Origin: an uncultured delta proteobacterium
GTDB lineage: Bacteria; Desulfobacterota; Binatia; UBA9968
Assembly: GCA_963728565.1 (NCBI GenBank)
Contig: CAVSLC010000013.1
Location: 32,001-96,000, forward strand
Direction: 5' to 3'
Length of the DNA: 64,000 bases
In this document: positions 18,976 to 29,131 of the stretch, piece after piece
Layout of the letters: every line of letters starts with the position of its first letter
Position numbering within the stretch: position 1 is the first letter of the stretch
Notes under the pieces: model-generated
Told to the model about the DNA's origin: nothing
The model's database searches: none
The model's input: only the letters and a program-made list of their open reading frames with translations
Translations under genes and position numbers: made by a program

Positions 18976-19785
18976 CTAAGACAAATGCTTCCGGTAGATG
19001 TCGGTTCTGCGGTTCTGCAGGAGCGGCAGCTTTGCGCGGGTGTCGTGAACTAGATTAAAGTCGATCTCAATGATTTCTACGCCTTCTCGCTCGCCAAGAT
19101 CCACTACTGTCCGACCTAACGGATCGACGATCATGCTGCGACCAATGTAGATATTGCCCACCTGATCCGGCGCGATGACGTAGCAGCCGCTTTCGAGAGC
19201 TCGGGCGCGGATCATGGTTTGCCAGTGATCCACTTTCAATTCGCCTTGCACCCAACCAGACGGCGCCAGCAGTATGTTCGCCCCTGATAAGGCCAGCATG
19301 CGCCCCATCTCGGGAAATCGAAGATCATAGCAGATCATCATGCCGTAACAGCCATCCTTGAACGTCACCGGCGGTGTCAGGTCGACGCCAGCGGCAAATT
19401 TGTCGGACTCCCGGAAACCGAAGGCGTCGTACAAGTGCAGCTTGCGGTAAACAGCCGCAATATTGCCCTCAGTATCGATCCACAGAGCGCTGTCGTACAC
19501 ACGATCAGGAATAGAGCAGGTCTCGTAGATCGTCGCTACGATCGCGGTACGCGTTGCTTTAGCCGCTTCCTTCAGTGCTGTTACAAAATAGCCTTGAAGC
19601 GGCTCGGCAACTTGGGCGAGCTCCTTAGCTGTCTGACTGGCCGGTGAAAACGCCATTAAGAATTCGGGAAAGGCAACCAGATCGGCGCCGCCGCTGTTGC
19701 TATCTTTGACCAGCTCGAGAGCTCTGCGTAGATTTTCTCTTTTGTCCGTTGACGACTGGATTTGGACTATGGCCACTTTGCTCAT
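18976..19785 (-). CDS. Carbon-nitrogen hydrolase (Nit1/deaminated glutathione amidase-like)
   Basis: Catalytic triad motifs FPE, YRKLHLYD and ICYDLRFPE. Confidence 0.88.
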   Translation of the reverse strand: MSKVAIVQIQSSTDKRENLRRALELVKDSNSGGADLVAFPEFLMAFSPASQTAKELAQVAEPLQGYFVTALKEAAKATRTAIVATIYETCSIPDRVYDSALWIDTEGNIAAVYRKLHLYDAFGFRESDKFAAGVDLTPPVTFKDGCYGMMICYDLRFPEMGRMLALSGANILLAPSGWVQGELKVDHWQTMIRARALESGCYVIAPDQVGNIYIGRSMIVDPLGRTVVDLGEREGVEIIEIDFNLVHDTRAKLPLLQNRRTDIYRKHLS

Positions 19786-19877
19786 GTGAAATTGCTTTCC
19801 ATTTTCGACTGATAATCAGGATCTTGCAGTCAGGACCAGTCGAGACAAGCTATACTCCTCACGCGTTCCCACCCCCT

Positions 19878-20933
19878 TTACACCTCAAGCTTTTGCCCTG
19901 CCTGTTTTTTCCTTGCTTTCTCCAAAACCAGCGCACCTAGAGCCACATCGGCGACGCCCTGGCCGGCATTGTTCTTGTAGAGACTGATCTGGTCGGCGCG
20001 GGTGCGGCCGTCATCTTGGCCGGCAAGGATGGCGCCGATCTCAATCAACTGTTCCCACTTGATGACGCCGCGGCTGACCGGATCGAAGATATCGGCCTGC
20101 TCGTCCTGGATCGCCTGTTGAACTGAAACGATGCCCCGCACGTGACTGCGCGCGAGGGTGGCGTCATCGATCTCACGCCGTTTGGCGGCGGTAAAGCCGC
20201 CCTTGACCAAACCGACGTTGCTGCCGACGATGGTCGTGACATGCTGGCCTGGCTCGAGCCAATTGCCGTCAAATACCGGAACGCTCGAGTTGGTTGCCGC
20301 TAATATGATGTCTACTCCGCGAACCGCCTCCTGTGGCGACGATACCGGTGTAATGTTGAGATTAGTCAGCGGCCCCATCTCGTCGGCGAAGCGTTTTCGG
20401 TTCTCCGGATTGCGACTATAAACCTTCACATTTTTGAGCTTGCGGACCTGCATGAGCGCGAGCAGGTGGTTTTTTGCCTGACCGGCCGCGCCAAAAATGC
20501 CAAGGGCTGAAGCGTCCTGGCGCGCCAACAAATCAGTCCCCACCGCGCTGGTGGCCGCCGTGCGCAGGCCGGTCACGGCAATGTTGTTGGGCAGCTCCGA
20601 ACAGGTGATCTCACCGATAATGATTCCTTTGAGCTCGCCTTCGGCGGCATCGTAGAGCACGATTACCGGATGGTTGAGCCGCGGATAAACCTGCTCTTCG
20701 GCCATGGGTTTGACCCATTCGCAATGGGTCATCAGGCCAGTGGCTCCCGCTGCCGGGACGCCACCCTGATGCACGCTTACGCGCACACCAGTGGGAATGT
20801 GAATCCGTCGCCGCGGCGCATTTAGCTGAGGATTCTCGCCCCACTGACGAAAACCTGTGCGAACCGCTTCGACGGCTTCGGCCATTGTCACGATACCTCT
20901 GATTTCGTGCGGGCTGACGAGGATGGTTTCCAT
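19878..20933 (-). CDS. Ornithine cyclodeaminase / mu-crystallin family protein
   Basis: TGLRTAATSA, IFGAAGQA, ATNS..PV and G.GVADVA-like motifs. Confidence 0.85.
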   Translation of the reverse strand: METILVSPHEIRGIVTMAEAVEAVRTGFRQWGENPQLNAPRRRIHIPTGVRVSVHQGGVPAAGATGLMTHCEWVKPMAEEQVYPRLNHPVIVLYDAAEGELKGIIIGEITCSELPNNIAVTGLRTAATSAVGTDLLARQDASALGIFGAAGQAKNHLLALMQVRKLKNVKVYSRNPENRKRFADEMGPLTNLNITPVSSPQEAVRGVDIILAATNSSVPVFDGNWLEPGQHVTTIVGSNVGLVKGGFTAAKRREIDDATLARSHVRGIVSVQQAIQDEQADIFDPVSRGVIKWEQLIEIGAILAGQDDGRTRADQISLYKNNAGQGVADVALGALVLEKARKKQAGQKLEV

Positions 20934-20971
20934 CTATTCTCCTATTGGGCTGCGGTTCGAATCAGAGCGCT

Positions 20972-21532
20972 CTACAATGTGCAGGCTACGGCGGGACGGG
21001 CCAGGAGTTCCTCTCCCCAACGCTGTAGGTTCGGATAATTATCGCCGATAGTGACGCCGTATCTTTTGCGCCGCGTATAAAAAGGAATGAAGGAAACATC
21101 GGCCAGCGAATAGTCGCCGAGGATGAAGCGCTTGCCGTTCATTTCGTTTTCGAGGGTACTGAGATGCTGCTGCAGCCGTTGCCGCGCTTGATCGGGCTCT
21201 CGATCGTGGGTGATATCGCTGGCCGCCGGGTGAACGCGACTGTTTAGGAAGTCGATCCAGATCCTCGCTTTGGCCCTTTGCAACGCATTGTTCGGGAGCA
21301 GCGTTAACCCGTTAAATTTTTCATCGAGATACTCGTTGATGATCGCGGATTCGTAAATCACTCCGGCGCCGTCGACAAGCACCGGAACTTTGGCATAGGG
21401 ATTCAGCTCGAGCAAATCCTTCGGTTTGTTTTTCAAATCGACTTCCACGAGCTCATACGAAATCTTCTTTTCAGAAAGGACAATCCTTGTCCTGTGCGCA
21501 TAAGGTCAGGTATGACAGGAATACAGTTGCAC
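20972..21532 (-). CDS. Glutathione S-transferase family selenoprotein (CxxU)
   Basis: SD AAAGGAGGT, then GTG 21532 gives MQLYSCHT-UGA-PYAHRTRIVLSEKKISYEL, in frame with the 20972-21448 ORF (LNPYAKVPVL, YESAIINEYLD). Confidence 0.85.
21477..21493 (-). promoter_or_regulatory. Bacterial SECIS-like hairpin of the GST selenoprotein
   Basis: AGGACAA-GGA-TTGTCCT: perfect 7-bp stem with a G-led loop, 12 nt 3' of the UGA (21506-21508). Confidence 0.7.
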
Positions 21533-21656
21533 GGGATACCTCCTTTGTTGAGGTCCATATCAACTGGGTGCAAATCGTTCAAGTCGTTCAAGCAAAGCAA
21601 ATTGCCGGATAGGCAAATCGAAAGCGCTCATTGTTGCTTGGCGGGTTTGAACGCGT

Positions 21657-22463
21657 TCATCGATTTGCCGATTGAAGCCGATTCTGCAAAGCGTCGCCCA
21701 GCAGATTGAGGCTCAATACCGTAAGCATGATTGCCAAACCCGGGTAAGTTGTCAGATGGGGCGCTACCAGTAGAAATTGCCTCCCTTCGTTCAGCATCGA
21801 ACCCCACGAGGCGGTCGGCGGTTCAACGCCTAAACCTAAAAAGCTCAGACTTCCTTCGGCTGTTATCGCCGCTGCCAGGCCGAAGGTCGCTTGTATGAGA
21901 AGCGGCGGAAGAAGGTTGGGGATTAAATGAAAGATGATGACCCGGGCGGGACTGCAGCCTAGGGCGCGCGCTGCCTGGACATACTCCTGTCCTCTTGAGC
22001 TCAGAATTTCCCCGCGGACCAGCCGCGCGTAACCGGTCCAGCCGATCAGACAGAGCGCAAGGATTACATGATTAAGGCCGGGTCCCAGCAGGGCAGTAAA
22101 AGCGATGGCAAGAAGAATGCCGGGAAACGCCAGAAGAATATCCACGGAGCGCATGAGCAGTTGATCGATCCAGCCGCCGAAATAGCCGGAGACCGAGCCG
22201 ATGAAGAGGCCGATGGAAATCGATACTCCCACGGTACTGATGCCGACCAGGAGGGAGATGCGGCTACCGAATATCGCTCGACTCAATATATCCCGACCGA
22301 GTTTGTCCGTTCCGAGCGGATGATCGGGAGTAAACACCTTCAGGTCATTTCCCAGGTTTTGCCGGTTTGGATTGTACGGCGCGAGATTGGGAGCAAACAT
22401 CGCGCACGCCACTATCAACGCCACTAGCATTCCGCCCACGTAAATCCAGAAATTATTGCTCAT
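21657..22463 (-). CDS. Dpp/Opp ABC transporter permease (DppC-like)
   Basis: HPLGTDKLGRD.LSR, EYVQAARALG and LSFLGLG..PP..SWG motifs. Confidence 0.9.
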   Translation of the reverse strand: MSNNFWIYVGGMLVALIVACAMFAPNLAPYNPNRQNLGNDLKVFTPDHPLGTDKLGRDILSRAIFGSRISLLVGISTVGVSISIGLFIGSVSGYFGGWIDQLLMRSVDILLAFPGILLAIAFTALLGPGLNHVILALCLIGWTGYARLVRGEILSSRGQEYVQAARALGCSPARVIIFHLIPNLLPPLLIQATFGLAAAITAEGSLSFLGLGVEPPTASWGSMLNEGRQFLLVAPHLTTYPGLAIMLTVLSLNLLGDALQNRLQSANR

Positions 22464-23376
22464 AGCTGATGCGAGGATCGACGGCACTGTAAGCAAGGTC
22501 AGTGATAAAATTGACAACGAGATATCCGGTGGCGACAACCAACACACAACCTTGCACGAGCGGATAGTCGCGTGTCTGAATGGCTTGGACGGTGAGCCGG
22601 CCAATTCCAGGCCACGAGAATATCGTTTCGGTAATAATCGAGCCGGCGAGAAGCGAGCCAAACTGCAGGCCGATAATGGATATCACCGGTATCAAGGCAT
22701 TGCGCAGCATGTGTTTCAACCAAACTACCGGCTCGCCAAGTCCCTTGGCGCGGGCGGTCTTAATAAAATCCAAGTTGACGATGCGCAGGAGGCTGGTGCG
22801 CAGAATGCGCGTAAGGATGGCCGCCATCGCCATTCCCAATGTGAGCGAGGGCAAAATCAGGTGTGCAAAGCCGCCGCGGCCGGAGACCGGCAGCCAGCCG
22901 AGTTGAATCGAAACCAGTATCATCAGCATTGGGCCCAACCAGAAGTTTGGTATTGAAAGCCCCAGAAGAGAAAAAAACAGCGCTAAACGGTCAATCCAAG
23001 AGTCGGGTTTAAGAGCGGCGAGTGTCGCAAGCGGAAATGCAATGACGAATGCGGCGATCATGGCGCAGATCGTCAGTTGGAACGTGGCCGGCAGCCGCGC
23101 AGCAATGAGTTTGCTAACTTCGGCGTTCTCGTAAAGAGAATATCCCAGATCCCCGCGCGATATATCGACGAGAAATCCGGTGTAACGAGTCAGCAGAGGC
23201 TGATCGAGACCGAGCTGGCGGCGTAGTTCTTCTTTGTCCGCGGCATTGGCGGTCTCCCCAAGCATCACTTCTACCGGATCTCCGGGAACAAGATTGATCA
23301 GGAAAAAAACCAACGTCAATGCGCCCAATAGTGTCGGAAGCAACAACAGCAGTCGATTTACAAAGTATCGCTTCAC
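22453..23376 (-). CDS. Dpp/Opp ABC transporter permease (DppB-like)
   Basis: PGDP, TARAKGL, LRNALIP and ETIFSWPGIG motifs; GTG start overlaps the stop of the binding-protein gene. Confidence 0.9.
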   Translation of the reverse strand: MKRYFVNRLLLLLPTLLGALTLVFFLINLVPGDPVEVMLGETANAADKEELRRQLGLDQPLLTRYTGFLVDISRGDLGYSLYENAEVSKLIAARLPATFQLTICAMIAAFVIAFPLATLAALKPDSWIDRLALFFSLLGLSIPNFWLGPMLMILVSIQLGWLPVSGRGGFAHLILPSLTLGMAMAAILTRILRTSLLRIVNLDFIKTARAKGLGEPVVWLKHMLRNALIPVISIIGLQFGSLLAGSIITETIFSWPGIGRLTVQAIQTRDYPLVQGCVLVVATGYLVVNFITDLAYSAVDPRISYEQ

Positions 23377-24956
23377 TGGAGGTGTGGCGCCTGGCGGAGT
23401 GATGAGCGTCTCAACGAGAACAAATCGCCATCCGGAGAAGGCGTAAAGCCAACAATCTCGGGCTTGCGCACGATTACGTTCTTCACCCACCACAGCGGAA
23501 TATACGGTAGATCTTCATGGATTATGTGCTGCACCTGGTGGTACAGTCCTTTTCGTCGTTCCGGATCAGACTCCCGCCGGCCCTGTTCGAGCAAGTCATC
23601 AATCCTAGGATTATTATATCCGCCGCGATTATCGCCGTTAGGAGGCAAACTCGATGAATGGAAGATGTTGTAATAGACGTCTGGGTCAGCTATGCCGACC
23701 CAAGCGAGCGAGTAAAGATGGAAGTTGCCTTTCTTGATATCGCTGTAAAACGTTCCCCACTCATAAGAGCGCACTTCGAGCTCGATGCCGACGCGGCTTA
23801 ATTGCTCTTTCAACGCTTCGGCAATTCTTCTGCGCAGATCGATGTTCGTGGTCTTAAAAGATAGCCTGAAGCGCGGCCGCGGACCGTCTCCATCGGGATC
23901 CGGATACCCCGCCTGGTCCAAGAGCCGCCGGGCTTTGGCGGGATCAAAAGGCCAACGCGGAACAGAGTCGTCGTGTGCCCAGTTAAGCGGCGACAGCAGC
24001 CCACTGGCTGCTGTCGCCTGGTCTTTGAGGATGTGCCGGATGATGCCGTCCCGATCGATGGAGTAGGCCAATGCCAGCCTGACCTCTCGGCGCTTCAGTA
24101 TGGGATGCGTAAGATTTATGCCGATGTACTGAAACGTAGTTCCCGGGTTTGTCTCGACGATTGCATCGGTATTCTTTACCAGCCATGGAAGAGTGTCGGG
24201 TTCGATATCGTTCTGCAAAAGCTGGATGGTTCCTTTTTTGAACTCTAGAACTCGAACGATGGCATCAGGCACAATTTGAAACGCCAGTCCCGCCAAGCGA
24301 GGTTTGCCCTCCCAGTAGGATGAGTTTGCTTTCAGGTACACTTTCTCTCCCAAATTTATCCCTGCCAGAGCAAATGGACCGGAACCGGGTGGTGCCTGAT
24401 CACTGCGATTCTCCCCCGGCCTCTCACTGTCAACTGGTACTATCCCAATCGTGCAGTGCTCAAGAAAAGGCGCGTGCGGCTCGGATAGATGAAAGCGGAT
24501 CTTTTGCGTTCCTAGCTGCTCAACGGATCTTAGAACCCGCAGAGGCCCGCGTTTCGGCGAACGATTGCGACGATCCATGATCGAATCATAGGTAAACTTG
24601 ACGTCCCGGGCTGTCAGGGCTCTGCCGTCGTGGAAGGTGACTCTGCTACGAATTTGGAAGTCATAGGTTTGTGCATCGATTACCGTCCACTGTTCGGCGA
24701 GGTCTCCTACCAAGCGCGATCTCTCATCCAGGCGAAGAAGCGAACTATAGATTAACGAGCTGATGCGGGCAGAGTTTGCGTCGGTAGCATAGCGAGGATC
24801 TAGATTGCCAGGGGTGCTCTCGATTCCAATTCCCAAATAGTCTAAAGGGGTTTTGGTTTCGGGTCCAGCCCTACAGCCGGTAAGTAGTAAGGTGACGATG
24901 ATCGTCCGTAAGCACAAGCGACAAACTTTCGAAGCAGACAACTTGAAAAGTCTCAC
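23373..24956 (-). CDS. Family 5 ABC substrate-binding lipoprotein (DppA/OppA-like)
   Basis: Lipobox LTGC; LDPR, LAE.W, FHDG..LTA.DV and GSGPF motifs. Confidence 0.9.
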   Translation of the reverse strand: MRLFKLSASKVCRLCLRTIIVTLLLTGCRAGPETKTPLDYLGIGIESTPGNLDPRYATDANSARISSLIYSSLLRLDERSRLVGDLAEQWTVIDAQTYDFQIRSRVTFHDGRALTARDVKFTYDSIMDRRNRSPKRGPLRVLRSVEQLGTQKIRFHLSEPHAPFLEHCTIGIVPVDSERPGENRSDQAPPGSGPFALAGINLGEKVYLKANSSYWEGKPRLAGLAFQIVPDAIVRVLEFKKGTIQLLQNDIEPDTLPWLVKNTDAIVETNPGTTFQYIGINLTHPILKRREVRLALAYSIDRDGIIRHILKDQATAASGLLSPLNWAHDDSVPRWPFDPAKARRLLDQAGYPDPDGDGPRPRFRLSFKTTNIDLRRRIAEALKEQLSRVGIELEVRSYEWGTFYSDIKKGNFHLYSLAWVGIADPDVYYNIFHSSSLPPNGDNRGGYNNPRIDDLLEQGRRESDPERRKGLYHQVQHIIHEDLPYIPLWWVKNVIVRKPEIVGFTPSPDGDLFSLRRSSLRQAPHLQ

Positions 24957-25063
24957 GTCAAATCTCGATGACCATATCGCTTTTAATGGAGCTGGTCAAT
25001 TTGATAACCAATTGCCGGCAGACGAGAAACTGATGCTGATCTCGGCCGATATAGCGCATCCCG

Positions 25064-25096
25064 GCAAGCCCTCGCAGCCAGCGGGCGAGGGCTTGC
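25064..25096. repeat. Perfect 12-bp inverted repeat in the divergent promoter region
   Basis: GCAAGCCCTCGC-N9-GCGAGGGCTTGC. Confidence 0.6.
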
Positions 25097-25147
25097 ACTC
25101 GTCGCTGGCCAGGAGCTCAGCCGTTCAGTTGCACTAAGTTGGCTCGC

Positions 25148-25175
25148 TTGAAGGTCGGAGAGGTTAGCTTATAAT
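25148..25175 (+). promoter_or_regulatory. sigma70-type promoter candidate for the ccsA-hem operon
   Basis: TTGAAG-N16-TATAAT. It overlaps ATG 25174, so ATG 25186 may be the real start. Confidence 0.45.
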
Positions 25176-26004
25176 GACCGACGGTATGAGTTTGACCCTG
25201 ATTAAACTGACCGCAATACTTTACTTGATCGCGACGGGAAGTTTCATTTTCTACGTAGTTCGTCGAGACACCGTTTCCAGGCTGCCGCCGTTAATCTTGG
25301 GCGCAGGATTCGCCATTCACACGTTGGCGCTGAGTGCATATTTCATGCGGGAAGGATTTCCGGCGCTAACCGAAATGCGTGAAGCGCTACTATTTAAGAG
25401 CTGGTTGATGGTCGCCTGCTATCTTTTGATCCAGATCAAGTATCGACTTACCGTTCTCGGCGGGATCATTGCGCCGCTGGCATTTTTAATGTCTCTGGCC
25501 GGTATCGCCTTCGGCAGCGGCAGCGGAGAGATTCCGCCGGATCTGAAGACCTTTTGGTTGCCGCTTCATGTTACGTCGGCTTTTCTCGGCAACGCGGTGT
25601 TCGCCTTGGCGTTTGGCGTCAGCTTGATTTATCTCCTTCAGGAGCGCCATCTCAAACACAAACGTATGACCGCCTTGATGAAGCGCTTCCCATCGTTGGA
25701 ATCTCTCGATCGGCTCAACTATGTCTTACTCGGATGGGGCTTTCCGTTCATGACTTTAGGCATCGTTACGGGCAGCATGTGGGCGGGCATCTACTGGGGC
25801 AACTACTGGTCGTGGGAACCGCGGCAAATTTCATCAGGCATCGCTTGGTTGTTTTACGGCGCGCTTCTGCACGGTCGCGTCACCGCCGGTTTACGAGGCA
25901 AGAAGGCGGCCTTTCTCACGATAGTCGGTTTCACAGTGGTACTCGGTTATTTCTTGTGGGGAGATGCGATTTTCGCTGGCAGGCATGGAGGTCGGTTCGA
26001 ATAG
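25174..26004 (+). CDS. ccsA: Cytochrome c biogenesis protein CcsA/HemX family
   Basis: WLPLHV, PSLESLD and the tryptophan-rich motif GSMWA...WGNYWSWEPR; lies upstream of hemA. Confidence 0.85.
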   Translation: MTDGMSLTLIKLTAILYLIATGSFIFYVVRRDTVSRLPPLILGAGFAIHTLALSAYFMREGFPALTEMREALLFKSWLMVACYLLIQIKYRLTVLGGIIAPLAFLMSLAGIAFGSGSGEIPPDLKTFWLPLHVTSAFLGNAVFALAFGVSLIYLLQERHLKHKRMTALMKRFPSLESLDRLNYVLLGWGFPFMTLGIVTGSMWAGIYWGNYWSWEPRQISSGIAWLFYGALLHGRVTAGLRGKKAAFLTIVGFTVVLGYFLWGDAIFAGRHGGRFE

Positions 26005-26007
26005 CTC

Positions 26008-27288
26008 GTGCATACAGAAATCTTCATAGTTGGTCTCAACCACCGTAGTGCGCCGATCGAGGTAAGGGAAAGTGTCGCTTTCGCAAAATCCCAGATTGCG
26101 GAAGCGCTCGGACGGCTCCGGAACTTTTCAGCGGTTCGGGAAAGCGTGATCCTTACGACCTGCAACCGGGTCGAAGTAGTTGCCGCCGCCCCAGAGACTG
26201 ATCGGGCCATGCAGGCGGTCAAAGGCTTTCTTGACCAACAACGATCATCTTCAAATAACGGCAGCCTTAGCGATCATCTTTATACATACCGAGGCGCCGA
26301 CGCTGTGCGGCACTTGTTTCGCGTCGCCGCAAGTCTTGACTCGATGGTAGTTGGTGAGCCGCAGATTCTCGGTCAGTTAAAAGAACACTATAGTGTGGCG
26401 CAGAAGGCTGGGACAGTCGGTGCGGTTCTCCATCGCCTGTTTCACAGGTCTTTCTTCGTTGCGAAACGAGTGCGAACCGAAACCGGCATAGCCAGTCGCG
26501 CTGTCTCGGTGAGCTCGGTTGCGGTGGAACTCGCGGCGAGAATTTTTGATCGCTTCGAGGAGAAAACGGTCATGTTGATCGGCGCCGGCAAGATGGGCGA
26601 TCTGATGGCGCGCCATCTCCGGCGCTGCGGTGTAAAGAGTATCATGGTCACAAACCGAACCTTTGAGCGCGCAGTGGAATTGGCGGAGAAGATCCGCGGA
26701 AATCCAATTCGTTATGATGATTTCCCGCGCTATCTGCAATTAGCCGATTTGGTAATCGGATGCGCCGGAGCATCGGAAGTTCTGGTCGATGCCGGCATGG
26801 TGGAAAAGGTCCTGCGGGAGCGCAAGCAGGCGGCGATGTTTTTCATCGACATCGGCGACCGAAGAAATTTCGATCCCGGCATCAATGCGATCGATAACGC
26901 TTATATCTATGATATCGATGATCTGAAGAGCGTGGCGGAAGAAAATCTAAACGAAAGATCCAGTGAGGCCGAGAAAGCGGAGTGCATTGTGCAGGAAGAG
27001 GTCGCGAGTTTTCTTGATTGGGTTAGCTCACTCGAGCAGGTGCCGACGATCACGGCCCTGATAGAGAAACTTGAGCTCATACGGCAGAAAGAAATCAACA
27101 AGTCGCTGAGCGGCGGACTTAAGGATCTGTCCGAAAGACAAAAACAGGCGATCGAAGACATGACCGCGGCTATGATGAAAAAGATTCTGCATGCGCCGAT
27201 TATGCATTTGAAGCAGAACGCGGAGAGCGAATACGAGTTGATGTATATCGCGGCCCTGAAGAGGCTGTTTGACCTAGAGGACCAGTGA
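26008..27288 (+). CDS. hemA: Glutamyl-tRNA reductase
   Basis: GLNHRSAP, TCNRVE, SLDSMVVGEPQILGQ and GAGKMG motifs. Confidence 0.97.
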   Translation: MHTEIFIVGLNHRSAPIEVRESVAFAKSQIAEALGRLRNFSAVRESVILTTCNRVEVVAAAPETDRAMQAVKGFLDQQRSSSNNGSLSDHLYTYRGADAVRHLFRVAASLDSMVVGEPQILGQLKEHYSVAQKAGTVGAVLHRLFHRSFFVAKRVRTETGIASRAVSVSSVAVELAARIFDRFEEKTVMLIGAGKMGDLMARHLRRCGVKSIMVTNRTFERAVELAEKIRGNPIRYDDFPRYLQLADLVIGCAGASEVLVDAGMVEKVLRERKQAAMFFIDIGDRRNFDPGINAIDNAYIYDIDDLKSVAEENLNERSSEAEKAECIVQEEVASFLDWVSSLEQVPTITALIEKLELIRQKEINKSLSGGLKDLSERQKQAIEDMTAAMMKKILHAPIMHLKQNAESEYELMYIAALKRLFDLEDQ

Positions 27289-27343
27289 GGCGCGACGGGT
27301 TTTTTCTCGTGGATTTGCCGGTGCCTAGCGAAAGTTTGTCCAA

Positions 27344-28249
27344 ATGGCTACGTTGAAAATCGGTAGCCGAGGTAGCGCGCTGGCGCTGGTGCAAGCGGAG
27401 TGGGTAAGAGGAAAGCTCCAGGAGAGGGGTCTGACCGTTGAGATTATCGTTATAAAAACCAGCGGCGACCGGTTTGTCGATCGTACGATTCAGTCATTGG
27501 GAGGCAAAGGGATCTTCACCAAAGAGATTGAAGATGCGCTCCTCAGCGGAGAGATCGACCTGGCCGTTCATTCGATGAAGGATCTCCCAACCGAGCTGCC
27601 TGAGGGGTTATCCATTGCAGCGGTTTCTTTAAGAGAGGATCCTCGCGACGTGTTGGTTAGTAGAGAAAACATTCCACTGAATGCGTTGCGGAAGGGCGCG
27701 CAGATTGGGACCGGTAGCCTGCGCCGCAAATCACAGATACTAAACTATCGCTCCGATCTTGTTATGGTTCCAATTAGGGGCAACGTTGATACGCGTCTGA
27801 AAAGGCTAATCGAGCAACCGCTGGATGCTATCGTCCTGGCGGCTGCCGGATTGAAGCGGCTCGGTAGAGAGGATCGGATAACAGAGTACTTAACGCCGGA
27901 TATCTGTTTGAGCGCAGTCGCCCAAGGAGCATTGGCAATTGAGACTCGAGACGATGAGCCGTCGCGTCAATCGGTTGCTTTCCTGCATCACGACCCCAGT
28001 TTTATAGAAGTGACGGCAGAGCGATCCTTCTTACGAAAGCTCGGCGGTGGCTGTCACCTGCCGGTGGCGGCGCGCGCCTTGATCGACGGTGAGCTTCTCA
28101 ATCTCACGGGCATGGTCGCCGAACCCGACGGCCGACGTCTGTGTCGCGATCGGATTACCGGTCCTAAAGAACAGGCGGCCGCGCTCGGAACGGCGTTAGC
28201 TGAGCGCCTTATACGGGCCGGGGCAGGGGAGATGCTTGGCGGATCCTAA
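27344..28249 (+). CDS. hemC: Hydroxymethylbilane synthase
   Basis: GSRGSALALVQ, GKGIFTKE, AVHSMKD, RGNVDTR and GGC..P motifs. Confidence 0.97.
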   Translation: MATLKIGSRGSALALVQAEWVRGKLQERGLTVEIIVIKTSGDRFVDRTIQSLGGKGIFTKEIEDALLSGEIDLAVHSMKDLPTELPEGLSIAAVSLREDPRDVLVSRENIPLNALRKGAQIGTGSLRRKSQILNYRSDLVMVPIRGNVDTRLKRLIEQPLDAIVLAAAGLKRLGREDRITEYLTPDICLSAVAQGALAIETRDDEPSRQSVAFLHHDPSFIEVTAERSFLRKLGGGCHLPVAARALIDGELLNLTGMVAEPDGRRLCRDRITGPKEQAAALGTALAERLIRAGAGEMLGGS

Positions 28250-28272
28250 GAGGCACATTGCGCGAGCGGAGT

Positions 28273-29112
28273 ATGGCAGCCAGAGAATTCTCAAGCCAGC
28301 CAGCTGATAACTCGGTGTTGTCGGGAAAACGAATAGTCGTCACCCGACCGCGTCGACAAGCCGGTGAGCTGGCGCGTCGCCTATCTGAACTGGGAGCGGA
28401 GGTCATCGAGTTCCCGACGATTGTTATCGCGCCGCCGCTGGACTATGCGCCGATGGATCGGGCGATCGAGCGACTGCACGATTATCACTGGTTGTTCTTT
28501 ACCAGTGTCAACGGTGTTCAATCATTTTTTGACCGGCTACGGCAGCTTGGCAAGAATCATCAAGCAATCGAGCAGTTGAAGGTGGTTGCTATTGGACCAG
28601 AAACGGCAGGGCGCTTGGAAGCTGAAGGCGTTCGCGCGCATCTTGTGCCGGCAAAGTACCAGGCCGAAGGAATTTTGGAAGGGTTGAATCCGGCCGAGAT
28701 TCACGGCCGGCGAATCCTGATACCACGCGCCGTCAAGGCGCGGGAAATATTGCCGGCAACTCTGCGCCAATGGGGCGCTGTCGTCGATGTGGTCCAAGCC
28801 TATGAAACCGTGCTGCCGCAGGAGGACCAGTTGGGTTTGCACGAGCTCTCGCCCGGAAAAATTGACCTAATTACTTTTACGAGCTCGAGCACGGTTGAAA
28901 ATTTTCTCAAACTGTTAAAAGGGGAAGATCCTAGCCGAATATTGCAGGGAGTAGTCGTAGCCTGCATCGGTCCCATCACAGCTCAGACCGCCATCGATAG
29001 CGGTTTGTGCGTAAATATAATTTCCTCCGAATTTACCATTCGAGGTTTAGTCGATGCCATCGTTGAGTATTACGAGGCCGCTGAGCCGAGATTTCAGGAA
29101 CGCAGCCAGTAG
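28273..29112 (+). CDS. hemD: Uroporphyrinogen-III synthase
   Basis: [26 protein letters not shown] and IGPITA motifs. Confidence 0.93.
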   Translation: MAAREFSSQPADNSVLSGKRIVVTRPRRQAGELARRLSELGAEVIEFPTIVIAPPLDYAPMDRAIERLHDYHWLFFTSVNGVQSFFDRLRQLGKNHQAIEQLKVVAIGPETAGRLEAEGVRAHLVPAKYQAEGILEGLNPAEIHGRRILIPRAVKAREILPATLRQWGAVVDVVQAYETVLPQEDQLGLHELSPGKIDLITFTSSSTVENFLKLLKGEDPSRILQGVVVACIGPITAQTAIDSGLCVNIISSEFTIRGLVDAIVEYYEAAEPRFQERSQ

Positions 29113-29131
29113 TAAGGATCTGGAGCAGAAC

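Noticed and set aside
21575-21592. TCGTTCAAG tandem repeat
   Set aside because: Only two units and no spacers; not a CRISPR or a supportable repeat family.
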